From Saprolegnia diclina VS20 (Eukaryota): a stretch of 20,000 bases of DNA. This document shows, piece by piece, positions 1 to 9,600 of the stretch. Location of the stretch: NCBI RefSeq assembly GCF_000281045.1, contig NW_008246102.1, forward strand, positions 291,924 to 311,923. The letters are read 5' to 3'. The notes under the pieces are model-generated. The model saw only the letters and a program-made list of their open reading frames with translations. It did no database searches and was not told the origin of the DNA. A program made the position numbers and the translations under genes. Numbering within the stretch: the stretch's first letter is position 1; each line of letters starts with the position of its first letter.

Positions 1-487
1 CAGTGCCAGAGCTGCCATGCACGCGGCCGCCTTCATGGTGCAAATTCAGTTGACTAAAAACACGCCATTTTCGATGGTCCTAGCGGGTTGTTGTTCGATC
101 TCTCGGTCCAACGGTGCGTGTTTTCAGCGGCCCGTCTCGAACATTAGCGCGCCGACGGCCTGTCTGCGTGGGCCCGGCAACGAGTACTGTGCCGTGCTCA
201 GATCGCGCCGAGTTCTCGCCCAACGTCGGATCGCTGCATCTCGTCTGCATCTCCGGAGTAGCCAGCGCGAACGTGGGGTGCGCAGCTGCTGAACCATCGC
301 AGCTGCTTCAACCTGTCGCCTTCCATGCTTGCAGCTCATGCTTGCCAAGATCGAGTGATTGATCCGCTAGTCTACATGTTGGTCGCTTATAATGATCATC
401 GTCTAATACTGCTAGTGCTACATCGTCGTCCTACCCTAATCGTCTCCTCTAACTGCTAATAAATCCTACGCTACTATGGTATACTAT

Positions 488-2102
488 CTAGGCCGCCACG
501 AGCGACGCTTGGCTCATCGCAATCGCCTGCGCCAGCATCTCGGGCGTCAGGACGAGCTTGGATGTCGTCTCCTCCTTGATCTCGCCTTCTTCGACCGACA
601 TGTCGACGTCTTCGTCCGTGCCAGTCGTCACCGCCGACGTGTCGAGCGTCATGAGAATGTCGAGAACCTTGATGAGCTCCGACGCCTTCTCCTTCGGGCT
701 CTGGACCGACCGGAAGACCTGGGCGAGGTGCGCCTGCGCGCAGAGCCGCGCGACCACGTTGTTGACCGTCGAGTTGGGCTGGTCGTTCAGAATGAGCTGC
801 GTAATGTGCAAAAAGACATCGCAGGGCAGCTTGACGATCCAGTGCATCGTGTCGTGCTCGTACGGGTACCGCTGCGCAATCGCGTTGACGCAGAGGGCCA
901 TCATGCGGTCCGTCGACTGGTTGCGGAGGCACTTGCGCACCTCGACGACCTGCAGCAGCATCTGCACCACGTCCATGCCCGAGCCCGCGTGCGCCAGCGT
1001 CTCGAGCAGCGTCGCGCAGCGAGACGTGAGCGCCACATGCATCTTGAGGATGCGCGCCGCGCAGTACAAGAGCGCAACGTTGGTCGCGTTGATGTCCATG
1101 TTGCCCGTGTACGCGTAGATGCAGGCGAGCTCAAAGGCCGCGGCGCCGCCGGGGAAGTGCGCGTACTTGAGGACGGCAATGCTGCCGTCGTCCGACTGGG
1201 GCTGCTGCTTGAGCTTCGAGCGCAGCTCGGGGCAAGCGACGAGCATTGGGAACCGGTGCAAGTTGAACTGAGTGCCCTCGACAACGACGATGAGGTTGCA
1301 CGTCGACCGGCGCGACGCCCACTCGGGGTATTCGCAGAGCGCGGGCGTGCCGAGGGCGGGCGCGGTCGTCGCCTTCTTCGTGTGCTTGAGGGCTGGCGAC
1401 GGCAGAGCCGAAAGCATCTTAGCGACCTTCTTCTTCATCTTGAGCGCATCAATGACAGGCTTGCCATGGACGTCAACGTTGGCCTGGCGCTTGCGGCGCT
1501 TGGCCTCGGCAGCGCTGTTGGGCGTGAGAGGCTTGGGGGTGCTCTTGGACTCAAGGACAGGCGCGAGGGCGGGCGCGACGATCGTGAGGACGGTAGGCTT
1601 GGGCGCGTGCTCAATCGGCGAAAGCGCCGGTTCGGACGCCGAAACACTCGAGTCGGTTTCGTCGAGCGCACGCTTGGCCTTCAGACTTCGGGACTGCGAC
1701 GAGACAAGGTTGCGGCAATGGCAGCACGTGGCGCGCGTGCTGTGAAGGCACGTGTCATCCTTCGGGCACCCGAGACGCTTGCACGACTTGCCCGAGCCTT
1801 CGCGGCGCACGCCACACTTGCCGCCTTCATGCTGGCCGCAGCGGCCGTCGCACGTGCAGTGCATGCACTCGCCCGGTCGCTGGGAGCAGTTGGGCAGTGA
1901 GCAGCTCTTCCGCAGCTTCCGCGACGTCGAGAGGACCTTGTCAAACGCAGCCGACGACGTGTGGTGGTGCGAGAGAAACGACGTGGCCGGCTCAGCGACT
2001 GGAGAGACGAGGATGAGGCGCGTGGCCGCCAGGAAGAGCGTCGATCTTACCGAGGTCGGTGCTCTTGGCGTACGCCAGCGTCGGGAGGTCGTTGGGAGAC
2101 AT
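488..2102 (-). CDS. BTB/POZ-domain protein (NPH3/RPT2-like BTB plus helical BACK-like region) with N-terminal Cys/His-rich putative zinc-binding domain; 2 exons (2102-2051, 1998-488), about 520 aa
   Basis: The long minus ORF 488..2116 has no Met for its first ~85 codons. An ATG at 2102 (MSPNDLPTLAYAKSTDL) followed by GTAAGA...CTCTCCAG (intron 2050-1999) joins in frame to VAEPATSF. BTB signature: TCNLIVVVEGTQFNLHRFPML...FPGGAAAFELACIYAYTGNMDINATNVALLYCAARILKM (~1303-1001). Basic KRRKR at 1501-1487. Stop TAG at 490-488. Confidence 0.85.
1999..2050 (-). other. Spliceosomal intron (52 nt) of the BTB gene
   Basis: Minus strand reads GTAAGATCGA...CCTCATCCTCGTCTCTCCAG: strong donor, pyrimidine tract and CAG acceptor. 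Removing it joins ATG 2102 to the main ORF in frame. Confidence 0.8.
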
Positions 2103-2134
2103 GCTAGCGCCCGCACGGAAATAAGAACGCGGTC

Positions 2135-2150
2135 GAGTATTCGAAAATGA
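2135..2150 (-). promoter_or_regulatory. Putative oomycete initiator (INR) element of the BTB gene
   Basis: Minus strand TCATTTTCGAATACTC, about 33-48 nt upstream of the ATG. It matches the INR core TCATTYY; the FPR part is imperfect. Confidence 0.45.
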
Positions 2151-2265
2151 TGGCAAGCGGCTTGGTCGCGCTCGATGTACCCAAGTTACACAGCCCACTC
2201 TATACGCCATACTCAACCCAAGATGTTTTTGGATTCAACGAATCCGAGCTACTAGCGCGACCATG

Positions 2266-2273
2266 TGATTGGC
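2266..2273. promoter_or_regulatory. Putative CCAAT box (TGATTGGC)
   Basis: TGATTGGC (GCCAATCA on the minus strand) about 115 nt upstream of the putative INR of the BTB gene. A second CCAAT lies near 2302-2306. Confidence 0.4.
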
Positions 2274-3607
2274 CGTTTTTTAATCGCGAGCATACTTTAA
2301 TCCAATGAAACGCGGCGTTCTCTGTCACAATCCTTTCTCGAGCTTTGCGCGAGATTACATACTGGCGCTCCTCCCATCCTCCAGCCTTGCGCGCAAGAAG
2401 CAAGCGACCGATGGTGTTCTTCCCGTGCCAAGAGTACGCAGGCTCGACGCAGATAGCGTCGGTCGGCTCTGGTCCGCCTGCTGGAGCGGCCGCCATGTGC
2501 TGCGGCCGAATTTTTTTGAGTGCGTCGCCCAGCTGAGGCCACCGTAGTAGAGGAATGATACCCCAGCTTCATTCTTATCGATGGCGTCGCCAAGCCAGAG
2601 TTTGCCAACGCGAGAGACCCATTGGTCACAGCAACACACGCCCGGCGCACAAAAACGACCGCGCAGAGGCGTGTCTGTGCAAATGCGCCCACGAGGCCGC
2701 CACGCGCTGCGACATGTGGCCGCGGATCAGGTCCCGTGCTGAGGTCGCTTTGCGCGGCGAATCTGCAGGGTTGGTCGCCTGGTTTTATTCTTCGTGGCGA
2801 ATAAAAATGCGGTGAAATAGAATGCAAAACGACCGACGCGCACCAGCTGGTAGAATACAAACACGAGGTATGCGGGAATAGAAACGACGCACGACAGCAT
2901 TAAAAACGGTTCTTAAATGACGTACGACACGCATTAAAACCAAGGTTGACATGTGCGTCATCCCAAATGATCGAGGTCGCCGAACCCGTCCTGTCCGCAC
3001 GTTGAAGCATCAACCGACCAACATCGTTGGCAAGGATGCTTCGTCCTCCAGTGCGAGCAAGATCGTGGTACGCCGCTGCCTCGAGAATTGCGGCAAGCTC
3101 TTGGCACCTGCGCATCGAACGTGCCGAATCGGAGGTGGATCGGCTATCATCACGCTTGATCGAATGCCCCACATGAACGGTACTACTGCAACTCGATGAC
3201 GGGTTTCGCAGGCGACGCGCCGACGGCGTTGTCACAGGCGTGGGTGGCGGCGGTTCTTTATGACTGCCTCGTCCACGCTGTCGATCCACTTGCATCGCAA
3301 GCATTAGGCCTTCGGTCCGCTCTCCACGTGGCTGCTGGCGACGGCGAGAGGCTCGGACGCACGGATGCGCTCTGCCACTGGCGACTGCACGATCGCCATC
3401 CTCGGCCCACGCGCGGCAGCATCCACCACCACCGAGTACTGTGCAGTTGCCGGGGTGTCATTGACACGGTCGCGCTTCCATGCCACACAAATCCTTGGAG
3501 ATTGGATATTTCAGTATTCGTTTATAGAGGTAGCTTGATACGCATGCAATGTGAGAGGTTAGATACCATTTTATGGTATCTGACGTCTCATATTCCATGC
3601 GTATCAA

Positions 3608-3660
3608 GCGACGGTTGGATTTCCACAAAAATTTTGTGGAGGTTCAAATCCAACCGTCGC
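3608..3660. repeat. Nested inverted repeat / hairpin immediately upstream of the dynein start codon
   Basis: GCGACGGTTGGATTT (3608-3622) is the exact reverse complement of AAATCCAACCGTCGC (3646-3660). The spacer contains a second inverted repeat, CCACAAAA-A-TTTTGTGG (3623-3639), plus AGGTTC. Confidence 0.9.
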
Positions 3661-3682
3661 GGCTGTTACGATCCGCTACATC

Positions 3683-6600
3683 ATGGAGGACGGCCGGCGG
3701 CTGCATGCGGTGGTGCCAACCGCGCCGACGCGGCCGCGGAACACGCCGCCGACAACGCCGACGCCACCGCCCAAGCGTCTCTCGCGCATCCTCAACCTGC
3801 ACGACATGAAGAAAGCGCAGCAGCCGGCCGTCGACACGCCCGAGAGGGCCCAGCTCGCCGAGCGCATCTACGCCAAGGGCGTCAAGCGCTCGCTTCAGCA
3901 CACGGCCATGTACCCATCTAAAGCTACGTCCAACGCGGCCAAGATGGGGTCGTTTGTCGCGACGCCCCTCGTCACGCGACCAGCGGCCGATAAAGTGCTG
4001 GTGCCCCGGCGCCCGGCCCCGGCGTCACCGACGACCATGCCACCAGTGCAGCTCGGCTTTCAGCCTTCGAAATGTACCTCGCCTCGCGTCGCTGACGCGG
4101 TAAGCCGCGTTGCCGCGCCACCGCTGAGTGCGCGCGACGCCTTTTACTTGAGCCAACGTCCGCCTTCGACGCCAAAGAAGCCCGCACCCGTTGTAGCTGC
4201 CGTGACGCCGCCAGCGGTGGTTGTCGAGGACCGACCAACGCGCGCGACGCTGCTTCACAAGTCGACGCACTTGCAGACTTTCACGGAACGGGTCGAAGCA
4301 AGCATTGCAGTGCCGGGCGGTGTGCCAGCAGACGCGTTCTTGTACTTGCGGAGCGCCGAGGACGACCCGTACGATCTGCGTGTGGTCGACCACGACAGCA
4401 TCGACAGCAGCAACTACTACACGATGAGTCGAGCAGGTGTCACCCACTTTACGGGTCACGGGCAGCCCGAATTCACGCGCCTTGAGGCGTTTGAGCGCGA
4501 ACACTACATGTTTACGCTCGTGCGCCAGATCCCCTTCTTCCAAACGTACCGCATCTGGAAACAGTTCCGCCGCTGGAAGGTCAACGTCCGTGCCGTCAAG
4601 ACCCGCGCGGCCACCTACATGCTGCAGCACGAGCTCTTTGTGCTGCGCCCAACGTGCGTTGCAATGCATGGACTCCGGATCGCTCATGAAGCACGTAGGC
4701 TGCATTCGGCGCTCATGGAGCTCCGCGCGCAGTGCTACAACATGAGTCTTTTGCGCATCTTTGGCATAAATGCGACCCAGACGTACACGTTGAGCGACTT
4801 TACCGAGACGCAGCAGGCGCAGATCCTTGCGACGGACAACGCGATCGGCGTCATGGTCTGCGATATCCTGGCGACGACGCAAGCCACGTGCAACGCCTTT
4901 CTTCGCGCCTTCTTGCTCGAGAACGGCTTTACGACGCAAACCGAGCTGCCCGACGACGTCAGTCGCGTCTTGAGCCAGCTCGCGTCACCACCAAATGACG
5001 AAGACGACACCGCTACCACTAGCGAAGCGAGTCGGCGGTCAGTCACGTGGGCCAACGGCCGTGTCGTGACGTTCACCGAGCGCGCGGCGATGCGCACGCA
5101 GTGCCGAAGCGTTGTCAAGCTCATTCGGCTTGTCGAGTTTTTCGTTGTCGACTCCCTCCTCCTCCTCGGGCTCTGCAGCACGCACGAGCTGCTCTCGGAA
5201 ATGCAGCACATTGTTCAGGCCGTGGACGACGTGGCGCCGCCGCCTCAGCCGATTGGCGGGAAATTGCTTCTCAAGCCGCCGCCTCCCATCGTACCGCTCT
5301 TCCGTGTTGAGGTGCGCTTGCACTTGACCACGCTCCACGACGGCAGCGTGCGGTCGCAGCTGCTGTTCGACCCGAGCTGCGAGGAGCTGCGTGCTGAACT
5401 CGAAGGCGTCATCAGCGCCGGTCTTCGGGCTGCGACATCGCGGCCACGGCTCATGGCCGACGCAGGCTTCGACCCGTATGTGCAGTCGACGCTGGACGAT
5501 GACGTGGGCGAGCTCAGCCCGGGCTTGAACCTCGATATGATGGTGATGGAGGACGCGGCGCTCCAGGACCTCCTCGCCCGCATCTCGGGCGTCGTCACGA
5601 GAGCGTTCGATGCGCTCGCAGTGTTCGCCAAGGGCCTCTCGCGCTTCGAGGCGCAGTACATTGCCAACCTCGCCTTCATGAAGGTCGCGGGCGACGTCGA
5701 GCACCCGGTCAACCTAGGCCGGTCCATCGACGACTTGCGCGACCAGCTGGAGGCCTACTCGACGCAGATGACGCAGTTCGAGGCGCTGCCCGACACAACG
5801 ACCGTCGGTCTGCTTCTCGCCGACTGCAAGGACCTCAACGACCTCCTCAAGCCAAGCCCACGGGCCTGTATGCACTGCCTGCATACGCTAATTCCCCGCA
5901 TTGCGCAGTACAAGGTACCTGACACGCACAAAATGATGGTTCGGACGTTGGGTGTAGAACGAGGAGCTGCTGACCGAAGTCTCGCGCGCCAACGACGCGA
6001 TTGCTTCGATCCCGACGTCGGTCGACGAGTACGCGGCTGCGGTTGTGGCGCTGCGCGAGACGGAGGCGCGCATGGGCGACCTGGACGACCGGTACATGTT
6101 TCTCAAGCAGCTGTATGCGCTCACGGACGAATTCAAGATACCGGTACGCTGCGTGTACCGGGAACATTTCGAAATCATGCGAGCAGGTGTCGGACCTCGA
6201 TGCCACCAATGCGTTCATGCTGGCGCAGAAGCGTGCGCAGCTCAAGACGTCGATGGATCTCTTGGAGAGCGGGTCGGACGCGTACACGGACAAGTTTTCC
6301 AAGGAGCTCGACAAGAAAATCTCAAAGCTCAATACGCTCGTCAACGAACGGTACCGTCTTATCGGTAGCGCCACGTACAACGATATCGCGTAGACGGGAT
6401 GAGCTCCATAACGCAGCGCTCGTGGCCGTCGGTAACGACGCCGCCGAGGTCCTAACCCACTTGCAAGGCATCGACGGACGCCTGCAAGAGTCGGAGTCGA
6501 TCGGCGCCAAGTACATTGAGTTTCAGAAAGTGCTGGGGCTCGCACAAAGCTCGTTTCAAGACTTGGACGAGCTGCGGTACGACCAAATGCACGTCGATGC

Positions 6601-9600
6601 CAAGCTCAAGCGTTCTACAGTGCGGACCTCGAAGTCAAAAAGCTGCTTTGGACGACGGTCCAGGCGTGGGCGGCGGCTTCCGAAGCGTGGAGAGACACAC
6701 TTTTGTCCGACGTCAACGTTCCGGATGTCGACGAGCGCGTCAACAGTTTTTACAAGACGACACTCGCGTGCGAGCGGGGCCTCCCAGGCAACGCCGTCGT
6801 GCGGCAGCTGCGCGAGACGGTCGAGTCGTTCAAGGACGCGCTGCCAATAGTCGCCGACCTTCGCTGTCTCCACTTGCGTCCCCGGCACTGGGCAGCGGTG
6901 CGCCTTTGTTGCTGCAGAAACCTTTCGATCCCTAGCATGTAGATCAGCGCTGTCTTGCACTTTGACGTGCTCGCAGATCCCTCGCTGACGCTCGGGCGAT
7001 TTGTCAGCATGCACTTGCACGCGAGTGCGCCGGCCGTCAACCGCATTGCCACCGAGGCGACGCAGGAGGCGACGCTGGAGGCAACCCTCGCTCGCATCAA
7101 TGGGCTCTGGGCCGAGCTCTCGTTCGATGTCAAGTGCCACAACGACCGTCGCGATGTGTATGTGCTCGGGCCCACGGACGACATTGCGAGCGCGCTCGAG
7201 GAAAGCCTCGTCTCGATGAGCACCGTCCTCGCGTCGCGCTTTGTGGAGCCCGTGCGCGACGAGGCGCTGGCTTTGCACCGCCGATTGGTGCTCTTTCAAG
7301 GTATCAAGTTTGGAGCTATGTCGGTCTTGCTGAGAGGTATGCGTAGAGACGCTCGATGAGTGGCTGACGTGCCAGCGAGAGTGGATCTACCTCGAATCCA
7401 TCTTCATGGCGCCCGACATCCAGCGCCAGTTGCCGCAGGAGGCGCAAACATTTGGTACCATCAACACCTTTTGGAAGGAGCTACTGCTGCGCGCGCACGA
7501 GACGCCGCTGTGCATGAAGGCGACAGCGCAACCGGGGCTCATTGAGACGCTTGTCAAGCACAACGGTACGTGCCCGTGAAGAGGACGGTGTTGTTACGAG
7601 ACTGCGTAGCGTCGCTCGAGAAGCTGCGCAAGTCGCTGGAAGACTACCTCGAGACGAAGCGCATGGCGTTTCCGCGCTTTTACTTTCTCGCGAACGACGA
7701 GCTGCTCGAGATCCTGGCGCACACGAAGGAGCCATTGGCGGTGCAGCCGCACTTGTGCAAGTTCTTTGACGGTATCGTGCGCCTCGAGTTTGGCGAGGCC
7801 CACGGCTCGATCGACATTCTCGCCATGCACTCGGCCGAGGGCGAGCGTGTTCCATTTGGCCGCAACCTCAAGGCGCGCGGCAACGTCGAGGACTGGCTCG
7901 CTGCCGTGCAAGCCAATATGAAGCAGACGCTGCACCGCGCGCTCAAAGGTACTACGCTGTCCGTGAATCGATCTAGAGTCAGTGAGATATGTAGTGTGCG
8001 TCGGGGACTACGACCACGGCCAGCGGGACTCGTGGCTGCTGCACCACCCTGCGCAATGCGTCGCCAGCGTCACGTACATGGTTTGGGCGCGCGAGTGCGA
8101 GGCAGCACTGCCCTTGCCGGGCGGCGTCGACAAGTACCGGCAACTTGTGCTTGTTCAGTTGACCGGCCTCACGCGCCTCATTCGGTCGTCGCTGACTCGG
8201 CTCCAGCGGTGCGTCGTCACGTCGCTCGTCACGACGGACGTGCACGCAAGAGACATTTTGAGCGACCTCATTGCGCTCAACGTCACGTCAACCCACGACT
8301 TCAATTGGAAAAAGCAGCTGCGGTAGCGCGACGCTCGGCTCCTTGCATCCGTTGATGGCGCGCTGTAGGTACGGCTGGAACGCCGACGTCGACGACGTGA
8401 CGATCGCGCAGTCCAATGTTCGCATTCGCTACGGCTACGAGTACATGGGAGCTTGTGCTCGCCTTGTCATAACACCGCTGACGGACCGTTGCTGGATGAC
8501 TATCACAGGCGCGTACGACCTCAAGCTCGGTGCTGCACCGTCGGGCCCGGCCGGCACCGGTAGGGTGCAAGTGTCGACTCGGTGTCTAACGTTTTGCAGG
8601 CAAGACCGAGACGTCGAAAGACCTCGCCAAAGCACTCGCGATCCAGTGCATCGTCTTCAACTGCTCGGACCAGATCGACTACAAGACTATGGCCAAGCTG
8701 TTTTGCGGCCTCGCGCAGTGCGGGTGCTGGTCTTGCCTCGACGAGTTCAATCGCATCGACATTGAGGTGCTCTCGGTCATCGCGCAGCAGCTCATGCTCC
8801 TACGCCGCGGTCGCTTGGTCGGCGCTGCCGAGGTCTCATTCGAGGGCCGCGTGATCACATTGCGGGACCACCACGTCATCGTGACCATGAACCCGGGCTA
8901 CGCCGGTCGGACCGAGTTGCCCGACAATCTCAAGGTGCATTTCGTTGTTGCTGCAGTCGTGGAAGTCTCGTCGCTAGATTTGCTTCCGGCCCGTCTCGAT
9001 GATGGTGCCAGACTACGCGCTCATCGCCGAGATCATGCTCGTTGGCGAGGGCTTTGACGATGCAAGAGGCCTCTCGCACAAGATCACCAAGCTCTACAAA
9101 CTCTGCAGCGAGCAGCTAAGCCAGCAGCCGCACTACGACTTTGGCATGCGAGCGGTCAAGACAGTGCTTCTCATGGCGGGTAGCCTCAAGCGTCAATCCA
9201 CGGCAGCATCGAGCAGCAGCAGCAGCGAGGATGCCGTGATCCTCAGGGCGCTGCGCGACGCCAACACGCCCAAGTTCACATCCAACGATCTCCGGCTCTT
9301 TGGCGCGATACTGCGTGACCTCTTTCCCCTCATGCATGTGCCCGAGTCGCTCTCGACGGCGCTGGAGGACGCGGTTTTGACGCAGACGCGACTGCTAAAG
9401 TATACATACCTTGCTAGGTTGGTGCTTTTCGACGACTCCCGTTAGGCTGCAGGAGGTGGCCGCCCTCACGCGAAAGACGATCGAGCTCTTTGACATGCTG
9501 CAAGTGCGCGTCGGTATTGCGCTCACAGGAGAGAGCGGCAGTGGTAAAACGACGAGCTACGAGCTGCTGCGCCGGTCCATGGGCGACCTCCGCGACAACG

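Noticed and set aside
1..362. Short overlapping ORFs at the window start
   Set aside because: No recognisable product; likely intergenic or the tail of a feature outside the window.
1750..1790. CKRLGCPK as a WRKY19-like zinc-finger repeat
   Set aside because: Only the C-x4-C start matches. The following C..HGG and the tandem repetition are absent.
476..1900. 474-aa plus-strand ORF
   Set aside because: Antisense shadow of the BTB gene. Its Arg/Leu/Gly/His-rich composition is typical of GC3-biased reverse frames, and no domain is recognisable.
2051..2116. ORF-track start MRALACLPTT for the BTB protein
   Set aside because: Non-ATG start that reads through an intron. The spliced model from ATG 2102 is better supported.
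4100..4152. Strong donor-like GTAAGC in dynein exon 1
   Set aside because: No YAG acceptor at the typical distance. The candidate near that distance (GAG at 4150-4152) would shift the frame.
3683..6850. 1055-aa ORF as a stand-alone protein
   Set aside because: It reads through introns and drifts out of the true frame after 5914 (briefly rejoining it at 6394-6576). It is the 5' part of the dynein gene.
9212..9226. (AGC)5 microsatellite
   Set aside because: Short coding poly-Ser in a variable loop after the AAA1 core; unremarkable.
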